Source: Polyangium sp. y55x31 (GTDB taxonomy: Bacteria > Myxococcota_A > Polyangia > Polyangiales > Polyangiaceae). From it: a stretch of 64,000 bases of DNA. Numbering within the stretch: the first letter of the stretch is position 1; the number at the start of each line of letters is the position of its first letter. This document shows, one piece after another, positions 17,912 through 35,887 of the stretch. The notes beneath the pieces are model-generated. The model ran no database searches and was not told the origin of the DNA. It saw only the letters and a program-made list of their open reading frames with translations. The position numbers were made by a program, and so were the translations under genes. Where the stretch lies: assembly GCF_029946505.1 (NCBI RefSeq), contig NZ_JARZHG010000009.1, positions 106,927 through 170,926 of the forward strand. Direction: 5' to 3'.

Positions 17912-19941
17912 GCTTCGCCACGATCGCCGCGCTGCTCGTGGCGCTGCTCGTCGCCGCGCCGGTCGCGGCCCACCTGCTCCGGCGAAGGCAAGCCGAGGAG
18001 CAACCCTTCCCGCCCGCGAAGCTCGTGCCGCCGACGAAGCCTCAGGCCCGGCGGCGGAGCATGCTGGAGGATCGCTCGCTCTTCGCGGTGCGAGCGCTCA
18101 GCGTGGTTCTGCTCGCGGTGCTCGGCGCGACGCCGTTCGTGCGGTGCGCGCGGCTCGGTCTGTCGCGGAAGGACGGGGCATCGGTGGCGCTCGCGATCGT
18201 GATCGACGATTCGCTGAGCATGCGCGCGCCGCTGGAAGGCGGGACGGGCGCGCCGGGGAAACGGACGAAGTTCGATCGGGCGCTCGCATCGGCGCGGGAG
18301 CTCGCGACGGGCCTGCGCAGCGGCGACGCGGTGGCCGTGGTCCTCGGGGGCGCGCCCGCGCGCGTGGCGCTCGCGTCCACGACGAACATGGCGGCCGTGA
18401 CGGGCGCGCTCGACACGATCGAGCCGTCGGATCGCGCGACGGATCTGGACGGCGCGCTGGCCCTGGCGCGGGAGCTTTTGCGCAGCGTGCCGCACGCCGA
18501 TCGGCGGGTGGTTCTTCTGAGCGATCTCGCCGATGGAACGCCGAACGCCGCGCCCCTCGGCGGCGGCTCGGACACGACGCTCTGGGTGCCGCTGCCGGAG
18601 CTCGAAGCCAAGGGCAGCGACTGCGCGGTGACGCGCGCGGATCTGCGCTCGGGCAAGGTGCGGGCGCGGGTCGTGTGCAGCCCCGAGGGGCGCGCCGCGG
18701 GCGAGGGCGCGGCGGTGATCTCGGCCTCGGCGGGTCGGGCGGTGGAGCTGCGCGCCGAGGGGAAGGTGCTCGCGTCGGCGCCGCTCGGGGCCGCAGTCCG
18801 CGCCGAGGAGGTCGCGCTCGACGTGCCGGACGGCGCGCCGGAGGAGCTCGTGGTCGGGCTCTCGCCGGGCGACGCGATCCTGGAGGACGACGAGGCGCCG
18901 GTCGTGCCGGCGGGCGGAGCGCTGCCGATCGCGGTCGTGGTGGACGTGGCCTCGACACACGTGGCCACGGGCGGGCCGCCGCCGATCGAGCAGGCCCTCG
19001 CGGCGATGCATCTCGACGCGGAGGTGCGGCCGCTTCCCGCGGTGCCGGACCACGCGGACGAGCTCGCCGCGTTCGCCGGGCTCATCGTGGACGACGTGCC
19101 GGGGTTCACGCCGGAAGGGCGGCGCTCGCTTTCGGCGTGGGTCGAGCGCGGGGGCGTGCTGCTCTTGACGTTCGGGCCACGCGCGGCGACGGCCCCGCTC
19201 GGAGCCGGGTTCGATCCGCTCATGCCGGGCGTGGTGCGCTGGGGGCCGAGCCCGTCCCAGGGCGCGGATCCGGCGAGCGCGGTGTTTTTCGGGCCGAGCG
19301 CGGAGGGCCTCAACAAGCTGTCGCCCGACGGGCGCGCGTCGTTCGACCCGGCGGCCGTGACGAACGCGGACCTGCTCGCGCGCTGGGACGACGGCGCGCC
19401 GCTGCTCTTGCGGCGCTCGCTCGGCCGCGGCGCGGTCTTCGCGCTGTCGCTGCCGCTCAGCGTGGACGAGAGCGACTTCGTCCTCAGGCCGGCCTTCCTC
19501 GCGCTGCTCGACCGCTTCGTGGGCACGGCGCGGGCGCGGGGCGGGGCGCGGCAGATCGACGTCGGCGACGCGTTCACGTTCGACGGGTTCAAGGACGTGT
19601 CGATCGAGCGATTGCCGGTCCGCGCGGGCGAGGCGCGGCGGCCGATCCCGGTCGTGGAGCAGGACGGACGCCGCCGCGCCGTGGCGCCGCTCCGGGGTCG
19701 GTACGAGGTGCGCCTCGACGGCGAGCGCGCGATCCGCGTCGCGACGGTCCCCGAGCGCGAGATCGATCTGCGCCCGCGGCGCGTGATCGACGCGGCGCGT
19801 GCCGAGGCGCTCGGCGGCGTCGTGCCCTCGATTGACGCGTCGCCGTACGTCGCGCTCGGTCTGCTCGGCCTCGTCGTGCTGGAGTTGTTCCTGCGCGCGG
19901 TGGGGCAAAAGCGCGAGGGTTCGGCGTCCACGACGGCCTGA
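17908..19941 (+). CDS. BatA-like N-terminal TM + vWA domain protein
   Basis: N-terminal TM helices are followed by a vWA fold with a degenerate MIDAS motif (IVIDDSLSM). There is a C-terminal TM helix. Confidence 0.75.
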   Translation: MSFATIAALLVALLVAAPVAAHLLRRRQAEEQPFPPAKLVPPTKPQARRRSMLEDRSLFAVRALSVVLLAVLGATPFVRCARLGLSRKDGASVALAIVIDDSLSMRAPLEGGTGAPGKRTKFDRALASARELATGLRSGDAVAVVLGGAPARVALASTTNMAAVTGALDTIEPSDRATDLDGALALARELLRSVPHADRRVVLLSDLADGTPNAAPLGGGSDTTLWVPLPELEAKGSDCAVTRADLRSGKVRARVVCSPEGRAAGEGAAVISASAGRAVELRAEGKVLASAPLGAAVRAEEVALDVPDGAPEELVVGLSPGDAILEDDEAPVVPAGGALPIAVVVDVASTHVATGGPPPIEQALAAMHLDAEVRPLPAVPDHADELAAFAGLIVDDVPGFTPEGRRSLSAWVERGGVLLLTFGPRAATAPLGAGFDPLMPGVVRWGPSPSQGADPASAVFFGPSAEGLNKLSPDGRASFDPAAVTNADLLARWDDGAPLLLRRSLGRGAVFALSLPLSVDESDFVLRPAFLALLDRFVGTARARGGARQIDVGDAFTFDGFKDVSIERLPVRAGEARRPIPVVEQDGRRRAVAPLRGRYEVRLDGERAIRVATVPEREIDLRPRRVIDAARAEALGGVVPSIDASPYVALGLLGLVVLELFLRAVGQKREGSASTTA

Positions 19942-19983
19942 ACCGCGGTAGCATCGCGATCCTTGCTTCGGAGGAGTGAGGAC

Positions 19984-20991
19984 ATGCGAATCACACGCTT
20001 GCTCGCGATCGCCGCGCTCACCGCGGCCGGGTGTACCGCCGACGGCAGGGACCTCTTCGGCTCGCCGAGTCACCCCGGCGCGGGAGGTGAAGGCGGCGCC
20101 GGGGGCAGCGGCGGGATGGGCGGCATGAACGCGTCGTCGTCCTCGTCCGGGAGCACGTCTTCCTCGTCGAGCGCGTCGAGCTCCAGCGCGTCGTCGTCCT
20201 CGTCGTCGTCCTCGTCCGCCTCGTCCTCGTCCGCCTCGTCCTCGTCCGGCGGCGGCGATACCTGTCAGCACGCCGTCTGCACCGTGGGCGATCCGCTCCT
20301 CGACGGCTGCAACGCCTGCGTGGCGCAGGTCTGCGCGACGCAGGAGGGCGCGGGGTGTTGCGAGAACTTCTGGGGCGGCAACTGCGTGGCGCTCGCCGAT
20401 CAGCTCTGCAACGCCGGCTGCTGCGGCAACGGCGAGTGCAACGGCGAGACGTGCGACTCGTGCCCGAACGACTGCGGCGCTTGTTTCTGCGGCGACGGCA
20501 TCTGCAACGGCGGCGAGGACTGCACCTCGTGCGCCGAGGATTGCGGGCCCTGCGCGGAGTGCCCGCACTCGGTCTGCGGCACGGGCGCGGCCCTCGATCC
20601 CGACGTTTGCCGCGCGTCGTGCGTGGACGAGGTGTGCATGCAGGACGCGAACTGCTGCGGCGCGAACTCGAGCGCGCCGTGGAACGGAGCGTGCTCGTAC
20701 CTCGCGGACACGCTCTGCGGCGCGGATCCGTGCATCACGTCGGTGTGCATGGATCAGCCGGAATGCTGCACGACGGGCTGGAACGAGACCTGCGTGGCGG
20801 CGGCGAAGGCGAAGTGCGGGGTGAGCTGCGCCTGCGCGCACTCGATCTGCCAGGGAGGCGGCGCGCTGGATCCGACGTGCAACCCGTGCGCGGCGGCCGT
20901 TTGCAAGGCCGATCCTTATTGCTGCGAGCAGAACTGGGACGGGATCTGCGTCGGCGAGGTCGAGCTCGTCTGCGGCATCAACTGCAATTGA
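19984..20991 (+). CDS. lipoprotein with poly-Ser linker and three tandem Cys-rich modules
   Basis: A strong RBS GGAGGAGTGAGGAC precedes the ATG at 19984. The lipobox is LTAAGC. The repeat pattern is C.H(A/S).C..G.ALD..C..C....C.....CC...W.G.C. Confidence 0.6.
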   Translation: MRITRLLAIAALTAAGCTADGRDLFGSPSHPGAGGEGGAGGSGGMGGMNASSSSSGSTSSSSSASSSSASSSSSSSSSASSSSASSSSGGGDTCQHAVCTVGDPLLDGCNACVAQVCATQEGAGCCENFWGGNCVALADQLCNAGCCGNGECNGETCDSCPNDCGACFCGDGICNGGEDCTSCAEDCGPCAECPHSVCGTGAALDPDVCRASCVDEVCMQDANCCGANSSAPWNGACSYLADTLCGADPCITSVCMDQPECCTTGWNETCVAAAKAKCGVSCACAHSICQGGGALDPTCNPCAAAVCKADPYCCEQNWDGICVGEVELVCGINCN

Positions 20992-21042
20992 TGCGCAAAA
21001 CGCGAGGGCGGGCTCCGATCCCGGGCCCGCCCCCGCCAAACC

Positions 21043-21984
21043 TCAATGCGTTTGCCAGTGCGGAGGGATCTCCTCCAGCACCGCAGTCGCGGCCGCGGGC
21101 TCGGCCGGCGGCGAGATGCGGCGTGGTCCGTTCGGCTTGAAGCTGTGCTCGGCGCCGGGGAACGTGCGCGCTTGCACTTCCTCCACGTACGCCCGCGTCG
21201 CCGCCATGATCTGCTCGCCGACCTCGGCGAAACGCTTCGCGAAGCGCGGGCGAAGATCCGGGTACATGCCGAGCATGTCGTAACAGACGAGCACCTGCCC
21301 ATCACATCCCGCGCCCGCGCCGATGCCGATCGTCGGGACCGACACGGCCGCCGTGATCTCCTCCGCGAGATCCGGCGGGATCGCCTCGAGCACGATCGCG
21401 TACGCGCCGGCCTCGTCGAGCGCCTGCGCATCCCGCACGAGCCGCGCGGCCGCATCTTCGCCCTTGCCCTGCACCTTGAAGCCGCCCATCGCGTGCACGG
21501 ACTGCGGCGTGAGCCCGATGTGCGCGCAGACCGGAATGCCCGCCGTGACGATGCGGCGCACGTGTTCGGCGACTTCCTCGCCGCCCTCGATCTTCACGCT
21601 CTCGAACGCGCCGTCCTTCATCAAGCGGCCCGCGCTCTCCAGCGCCTGCACGGGCGAGAGCTGGAAGCTCATGAACGGCAGGTCCCCGACCACGTGCGCG
21701 CGCCGCGCCCCGCGCGCGACCGCGCGGCCGTGGTAGCAGATCTCCTCGATCGTCACGGGCAGCGTCGTCGTATGCCCTTGCACGACCATGCCGAGCGAGT
21801 CGCCGACGAGCAGCATGTCCGCGCCGCCCTCGTCGAGGAGGCGCGCCATCGTGAAGTCGTAAGCCGTCACCATCGCGATCGGCGGCCCGCCTGCCTTCCG
21901 CGCGCGAATGTCCGGCACGGTGACCTTCTTCGGGGCCGCAGTCGGACGCCCACCGCCGCTGCTCTGACCTTTGGGACCGTACAT
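21043..21984 (-). CDS. panB: 3-methyl-2-oxobutanoate hydroxymethyltransferase
   Basis: Full-length PanB-like sequence. A GGAGG RBS precedes the ATG at 21984. Confidence 0.9.
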   Translation of the reverse strand: MYGPKGQSSGGGRPTAAPKKVTVPDIRARKAGGPPIAMVTAYDFTMARLLDEGGADMLLVGDSLGMVVQGHTTTLPVTIEEICYHGRAVARGARRAHVVGDLPFMSFQLSPVQALESAGRLMKDGAFESVKIEGGEEVAEHVRRIVTAGIPVCAHIGLTPQSVHAMGGFKVQGKGEDAAARLVRDAQALDEAGAYAIVLEAIPPDLAEEITAAVSVPTIGIGAGAGCDGQVLVCYDMLGMYPDLRPRFAKRFAEVGEQIMAATRAYVEEVQARTFPGAEHSFKPNGPRRISPPAEPAAATAVLEEIPPHWQTH

Positions 21985-22133
21985 GTTTCCTCCGGGTCGC
22001 GGCCGCATGGACGCGGTCCACGCCTACGAACGAGGCTAGGGCGACCCGAACGAAACGGCAAGACGGGTGATCCGCGAAAAAATCGCGCCGGGCCGCGCGC
22101 CCGCACGGCCCGGAAAAACCTACGCGACGGGGA

Positions 22134-23513
22134 CTAGCGACGGCGACGGCGACGCGCGACCGAGAGCAACATCGCGCCGCCCAGGAGCCCGAGCGCCGCG
22201 GGCATGCTCGCCTCGCCGCCGACGGCGCAGCTCGCGTTGCTCTTCGAGCCGAGGTTCGGGTCGTCCTCGCCCACGCCGAAGCCATTGTCCCAGGGGTTGA
22301 CGTCGGGGTCGGTATCCGGCCCGGGGCCCGGATCGAAGCACCAATCCGGCGGCGGCGGGCACGCGGGCGGCGTGCCGACGGCCGTCGTGACCTGCAGCCA
22401 TCGCTCGACGTACGACTGGTCGTTCGACGCGCCCAGCGTGAGGTCGGCCTTCAGCGCCTCGCGCGAGAGCTCGGCGTGGATGCGCGTCACCCAGAGGCTG
22501 TTTTCGGGGATCGCGCCGAAGAGCGCGTCGAGGTCGGCGGCGCACTCGTCGAGCGCGCTCGGGCCCATCGGATCGCCGCCGTAGCCGCTGTTCTCCGGAT
22601 CGAATTCGGCCGTGTACTTCAGGCTGTCCTCGATCCAGAAGCGCGAGAGCGGCTCGCCCGCCTCGACGAGCCACGCCTTGCCGCTCGACGCGTCGAAGCT
22701 CTGCTGCTTGAGGTCCTTGTAGTTGCTCGACTGCGTGTCCCAGTTCCACACGAGATCCGCGGGCTTGATCTGGAAGCTCGGGAAGTTCGTCGGCTCGTAG
22801 CGGCCCTCGGCGAGGACCCAGAGCGTGATCGGCGTGATCGCGCCCGTGCCCGCGGCGACCATGCGCAGCGGCAGGACCGGGACCGCGCCCGGCGACGTGA
22901 CACGCACGGGGCGCATCGAGTTGATGCCCTGGCCGGGCACGAGCTTGAGGGCGAGGAAGTCGAAGCCCTCGTTCACGTACGCGTCGACGATCGGCTTGAT
23001 GTCGGGCGGGATGTTGTAGCCGTTCGAGAGCAGCCAGTTCGCGAGCGCGTTCGGATCCTGCGACGAGAGCTGCACGGTCGCGTAGGGACCGACGACCTCC
23101 TCGGCGATGACCTCGACGCCGGCGCCGCCCCCGCCGCCCGTGCCCGAGTTGTCGCCGCCCGCGCTCGGCGCACCGACGCAGCCCGACGGAAGGCAGTTGA
23201 TCGAGGGCGAGAGGACCGAGACCTGCGTGGCCTGTTCGAGCGCGCCGAAGACCGCGTCGGACGAGAGCCCGATGTCGACCTGCCCCTTGATCGGCAGGAG
23301 CCATGCGAACGAGGAAGGATCCCCGGCGTAGGTGATTTGATCCCAAAGGGTCGTCCGATCGTTTGAGATCGAAAGAACCATGCGGTGGCCCGTGACCTGC
23401 GTGGTCTCCTGCTGGGTGATGAAACAGCCGCCGCACGCATTCGAATCGGTCGCGTAGAGGGCAGGCACCACGAGAAAGGGCAAGGACAAGGCGAAGGCGC
23501 GAAGGAGCTTCAT
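22134..23513 (-). CDS. DUF2330-like secreted protein with MYXO-CTERM-type C-terminal sorting tail
   Basis: Start is ATG 23513 (MKLLRAFALSLPFLVVPALYA signal). The C-terminus ...CAVGGEASMPAALGLLGGAMLLSVARRRRRR has a Cys, a hydrophobic helix and an Arg cluster. Confidence 0.7.
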   Translation of the reverse strand: MKLLRAFALSLPFLVVPALYATDSNACGGCFITQQETTQVTGHRMVLSISNDRTTLWDQITYAGDPSSFAWLLPIKGQVDIGLSSDAVFGALEQATQVSVLSPSINCLPSGCVGAPSAGGDNSGTGGGGGAGVEVIAEEVVGPYATVQLSSQDPNALANWLLSNGYNIPPDIKPIVDAYVNEGFDFLALKLVPGQGINSMRPVRVTSPGAVPVLPLRMVAAGTGAITPITLWVLAEGRYEPTNFPSFQIKPADLVWNWDTQSSNYKDLKQQSFDASSGKAWLVEAGEPLSRFWIEDSLKYTAEFDPENSGYGGDPMGPSALDECAADLDALFGAIPENSLWVTRIHAELSREALKADLTLGASNDQSYVERWLQVTTAVGTPPACPPPPDWCFDPGPGPDTDPDVNPWDNGFGVGEDDPNLGSKSNASCAVGGEASMPAALGLLGGAMLLSVARRRRRR

Positions 23514-23674
23514 CGCGGTTCTCCAAAGCAAGGGCCCGGCAGCGCCGAGCGAGGGACGCTTCGCCACGCGCGTCCCCCATGACGGCGCGTGGCGCCTTCA
23601 TTCTACGCGTCTCGACGCTCCACGGACCGACGGCGGCTGGAGATTCGTGAATGGAAGGCGGCCGGGAACGCCCC

Positions 23675-25852
23675 TTACGGAGCGTGCAGCATGCCCTCGT
23701 CGAGGCGGCGCATGCCTTCGAGCAAGAGCGCCTCGGGCGAGACGGCGATCGTACGGCCCGAGGGCTCGACGCCCGGTTCGAGCCGGAACTCGCCCTCGTG
23801 GAACTGGAGCATCCGGTAGAAGGCCTCTTCGCCGACGACCTGCTCCCAGCGCGCGTCCACGATCTGCCCCTCGGCGAAGTGGATCTCGCCCGTGCCCTTG
23901 CCCGTCTGGATCCGAAGCGCGCACGTCTTGCGGCCATGCCAGAGGACCTGGACCATGTCCGGGATGCTCATCTCCGCGAGGGATCCCGTGACGCCGCGCC
24001 CACCGCCGCGCGCGACGCGACGCTCCACGAGCTGACGGAGCTTCGCAGCGAAGATGTCCGCGGACGTCGGCTTCGAGACGAAGTCGTCCACGCCGAGATC
24101 AAAGGCCCTCTGCGCGCTGTGGCGGTCGTTCTTGCGCGTGAGGATCACCCACGTGATCCCGCGCCCCCACGACTCCTTTTGCGCGTCGGCCCGGAGCGCG
24201 AGGCCCATCTCCGGCTCTTCGAGGTCGATCTCGCTGACGACGGCCGCGATCTCGCCGCCTTCGAGCTCGCGCCACGCCTGCGCCACGGTCCGCGCGACGC
24301 GCACCTCGAAGCCCTGCTCGATGAGGCGAAGCTCGAGCACCGTGGTCTCCTCGGGATCCGGATCGATGACGAGCACGGTGTAGCGCTCGGACAAAAGCCG
24401 CGCGCGCATGTCGTCGCCCGTGACCTCGTGCCGGAAGAGGTCGACGATGTTCGGATCGAAGACGGTGCCGCGATAACCGGCGAGCACGTCGCACGCCTCG
24501 GCCGGGCGGAGGATCTTGCGGAACGGATTGCGCGGGTTCTGCGTGAGGTCGGCGTAGGTGTCCGCGACGGCGAGGATACGCGCGCCGAGCGGGATCTCCT
24601 TGCCCGCGAGGCCATGCGGCAAGCCGCGGCCATCGTAGCGCTCGTACATGGCCTGGAGCGCGGCCACGGTCTCGGCCGGCAAGCCCACGGACCCCATGAG
24701 CTGCGCAGGGAGCGCGACGGCCTTGAGCCCCGCGACGCGGTGGCCCTCGTACTCGGCGACGTTCAGCGCAGTGAGGTGATACGCGCCCATCTTGCCGAGA
24801 TCGTGCAGGTACGCGGCCACGACAAACGCCGCGACGTGCGCAGGCGCAAGTCCAATGCGCTCGCACGTGCGGCGGCAGAGGCGCGCGACGACGGCCGAGT
24901 GACCGCGCAGATCCTGGCGGTTCGCTTCGAGCAAGCTCACGAGGACGTTGAGCGACTCGATGTACTCGTGCGTCTCGATCGGCGTGAGCAACGGGACCGG
25001 AGGCGGCGGCGGCGTGTTCGAAGGCGCAGATCCGGCTTGCGGGCGCACCTGCGTGGGCGGCGGTTGCCCTCCGGTCGGCGACGTCTGCGCGGTCGCCGCG
25101 ATCGGCGCGTGCCCACCGTTCATGGAAGGCTGCGTGCTGCCCGTGTGCACCGAGGGCTGCGTCTGCTCACGCGCGCCGGTGGGGCTGGTTTGTCCGGTCG
25201 CGGAGGGCGACGTGGGCATCGGCGCGCGCGGCGGCGGCGGAGACTGCGCAGCCGCGCTGCGCGGCGACGCGGCAGGCGAAGGAATGGGCCCCGTCGCAGG
25301 GCGCGCCGGCGAAGGGCCGAGCTCGATGTCGATGAAGTCGCCGGTCTGCGCGTTCGTCGCGACCGGACGGAGGAGCGCCTCGAAGGCCGAAGCCTCCTTG
25401 AAGTAATGCCGCGCGATCGCCGCGCGCACCGCGGCTGGCCGGGCCACGAGCGCGCGCACCTCGCGCACGCCCGCTGCGAGCTTCACCTCGTGGATCGCAG
25501 CGTCGTTGTCGGGATCCGCGGTGACCACGGAGAGCACCGATTTCGCCTCGTCGAGCAGCACCGGAAAGACGCCGTGCATCTTCGCGGTCTTCGGCAAGAC
25601 GCGACCGAGCACGCGCGGCTCGATCGCGGCCTTCGCGAGCTTTTCGGTCGAGACGAACCGCGTGTTGTGCAGCGTCGCGACGTACTTGAGGAGATCACCC
25701 TCGGGCATGATCTCGAGCTCGATGAGCGAGTCCTCGATCCGGCCGCGCTGACGGCTCGCGTGATCCACGGCGCGCCGATGCTCCTCGGCCCCGATCCGGC
25801 CCTCGGAGAGCAGGCGATCAGCGACACGCTGGTTGGTGCCGAGCACGGACAT
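23675..25852 (-). CDS. multidomain signalling protein: T2SSE_N/MshEN-like N-domain, Pro-rich linker, HD-GYP-like domain (GYP replaced by GLP), REC receiver, DUF4388
   Basis: The MshEN-like domain is RVADRLLSEGRIGAEEHRRAVDHASRQ. HD motifs are H..HDLGK and YERYDGRGLP. The REC domain has IDPDPEE and the phospho-Asp in VVSEIDLEEPEMG, followed by T and KP. The C-terminal DUF4388 is PDMVQVLWHGRKTCALRI. Start is ATG 25852. Confidence 0.75.
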   Translation of the reverse strand: MSVLGTNQRVADRLLSEGRIGAEEHRRAVDHASRQRGRIEDSLIELEIMPEGDLLKYVATLHNTRFVSTEKLAKAAIEPRVLGRVLPKTAKMHGVFPVLLDEAKSVLSVVTADPDNDAAIHEVKLAAGVREVRALVARPAAVRAAIARHYFKEASAFEALLRPVATNAQTGDFIDIELGPSPARPATGPIPSPAASPRSAAAQSPPPPRAPMPTSPSATGQTSPTGAREQTQPSVHTGSTQPSMNGGHAPIAATAQTSPTGGQPPPTQVRPQAGSAPSNTPPPPPVPLLTPIETHEYIESLNVLVSLLEANRQDLRGHSAVVARLCRRTCERIGLAPAHVAAFVVAAYLHDLGKMGAYHLTALNVAEYEGHRVAGLKAVALPAQLMGSVGLPAETVAALQAMYERYDGRGLPHGLAGKEIPLGARILAVADTYADLTQNPRNPFRKILRPAEACDVLAGYRGTVFDPNIVDLFRHEVTGDDMRARLLSERYTVLVIDPDPEETTVLELRLIEQGFEVRVARTVAQAWRELEGGEIAAVVSEIDLEEPEMGLALRADAQKESWGRGITWVILTRKNDRHSAQRAFDLGVDDFVSKPTSADIFAAKLRQLVERRVARGGGRGVTGSLAEMSIPDMVQVLWHGRKTCALRIQTGKGTGEIHFAEGQIVDARWEQVVGEEAFYRMLQFHEGEFRLEPGVEPSGRTIAVSPEALLLEGMRRLDEGMLHAP

Positions 25853-25956
25853 CGCGAGTGCAGAGATAGTACATGTCCGCAAGGACGGGGTATCCCTGGA
25901 CCAGCCGAAACAGCAGTCATCCGGCGGATCGATGGGGGACGGCGCGTACCTGGCCG

Positions 25957-26001
25957 AACAAAAAGCGCACGCCCGCGCCTTGTGACAGGGCGGGCGTGCG
26001 T
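25957..26001 (-). terminator. Rho-independent terminator after rpoC
   Basis: The minus-strand RNA reads GCACGCCCGCC-cugucacaagg-CGCGGGCGUGC followed by GCUUUUUGUU. Confidence 0.7.
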
Positions 26002-26047
26002 CTTTGGGGTCAGGAGGCCGTCGCCGACGACGACCCCCCTCCCCTGC

Positions 26048-30376
<4,329 letters not shown>

Positions 30377-30382
30377 TCGGCA

Positions 30383-34510
<4,128 letters not shown>

Positions 34511-34689
34511 CGATATTCCTCCGGCTCCTACGGGTGCGCAGGGCTCGTTCCCCGCGCGCTCCACGAACCGAGCATCAGCCTCGAAGCTACGAAACAGCCA
34601 TCAAAGGTCCCGGCGACGGACAAACTCGGCTGTGCTACCGCGACCTGGAAGACGCGCTCGAATCACGCGACAGACGCAGCAGCAAACCC

Positions 34690-34735
34690 CCCAAAGACAA
34701 AACTCGACGCGCGGCAGGGACGTTCGCCCCTGCCG
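34690..34735 (-). terminator. rplL–rpoB intergenic attenuator-like hairpin with U-rich tail
   Basis: The minus-strand RNA reads GGCAGGG-gcgaacgu-CCCUGCC followed by ...GAGUUUUGUCUUU. Its position matches the known E. coli rplL-rpoB attenuator. Confidence 0.45.
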
Positions 34736-34782
34736 CCGTCGCATGGCGGATCGCGCTGTCCCTGAACGGGAAGCCCGGATCC

Positions 34783-35175
34783 TTACTTGAGCTCGACCGT
34801 CGCACCTGCCTCGGCGAGCTTCTTCTTCATCTCCTCGGCGTCGGCCTTGGAGACCGCTTCCTTCACGTTCTTGGGCGCGCCCTCGACCAGGTCCTTCGCC
34901 TCCTTGAGGCCAAGGCCCGTGATCTCGCGGACCGCCTTGATGACCGCGATCTTGTTCGCGCCGGCGTTCGCCAGCACGACGTCGAACTCGGTCTTCTCCT
35001 CGGCCTTCGGCGCAGCCTCAGCACCACCGCCACCAGGAGCAGCAGCCACCGCCACCGCCGCCGGTGCAGCCTTCACGCCCCACTTGTTCTCGAGCTCCTT
35101 GATGAGCTCGGCGATCTGGATGACCGGCAGGTTGGAAAGGTAATCGACGACCTGCTCCCGCGTGATCTCAGCCAT
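34783..35175 (-). CDS. rplL: 50S ribosomal protein L7/L12
   Basis: Typical L7/L12 sequence. Confidence 0.97.
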   Translation of the reverse strand: MAEITREQVVDYLSNLPVIQIAELIKELENKWGVKAAPAAVAVAAAPGGGGAEAAPKAEEKTEFDVVLANAGANKIAVIKAVREITGLGLKEAKDLVEGAPKNVKEAVSKADAEEMKKKLAEAGATVELK

Positions 35176-35348
35176 GACGAGACTCCTTCAAACCGTCTGC
35201 GCGCCGCGGTGGGATGAGTACCCCGGGGCGCGTCTGTAGATCAAAACCCGAAGGGCGCAATGCCCTTTCTCACTGGTCGAGCGTTTGGAGCTCCGGACCA
35301 CCTCCGGTCCCCCTTCTCCCCGACCACGATCGGACTCGGAACGTGGGC

Positions 35349-35885
35349 TCAGCCCGCCCCGCCCGCCGCGTCCTCCTTGGCCTTCAACAGGTACGCGAAG
35401 TTCTGAAGAGGCGCATTGAGCTGCTGCAAGAACTGCTGGAGAGGCGCCTGCAACGTGGCAAGCAGCGTCGCCCTGAGCTCGTCCTTGCCGGGCATCGTCG
35501 CGAGCTGATTCTCCACGCCCTCGGCGTCGAGAATCTGGCCCTCGATGAGGCCCGCCTTGATCTTCAGCTTCTCGTGATCCTTGTCCTTGCGGAAGGCCTT
35601 CACGACCTTGGCGGCCGCGCTGGGATCCTCGTAACTCCAGGCGATCCCGGTCATCCCGACAAGCGTATCGTCGAGCTTCTTCGACCACGCGTGATGCTTG
35701 ATCGCGTGACGAACGAGCGTGTTTTTCACGACTCGATACTCGACGCCCGCCTTCCGGAACTCGTCGCGCAGCTTCGTGACCACGGCGACGTTGAGACCCG
35801 TGAAGTCGAGGAAGACCGCCGAGGTCATGCGATCGAAGCGCTGCTTGACCTCGCCGACCAGAGCCTCTTTCTCCGTGCGCTCCAT
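35349..35885 (-). CDS. rplJ: 50S ribosomal protein L10
   Basis: L10 sequence. It starts 2 nt after the rplA stop. Confidence 0.95.
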   Translation of the reverse strand: MERTEKEALVGEVKQRFDRMTSAVFLDFTGLNVAVVTKLRDEFRKAGVEYRVVKNTLVRHAIKHHAWSKKLDDTLVGMTGIAWSYEDPSAAAKVVKAFRKDKDHEKLKIKAGLIEGQILDAEGVENQLATMPGKDELRATLLATLQAPLQQFLQQLNAPLQNFAYLLKAKEDAAGGAG

Positions 35886-35887
35886 GA

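Noticed and set aside
17574-21039. 753-aa plus ORF 17574..19835 and 1091-aa minus ORF 17764..21039
   Set aside because: Both are out of frame or antisense relative to the DUF58/BatA genes and the Cys-rich lipoprotein gene. Their composition is Arg/Gly/Ala low complexity.
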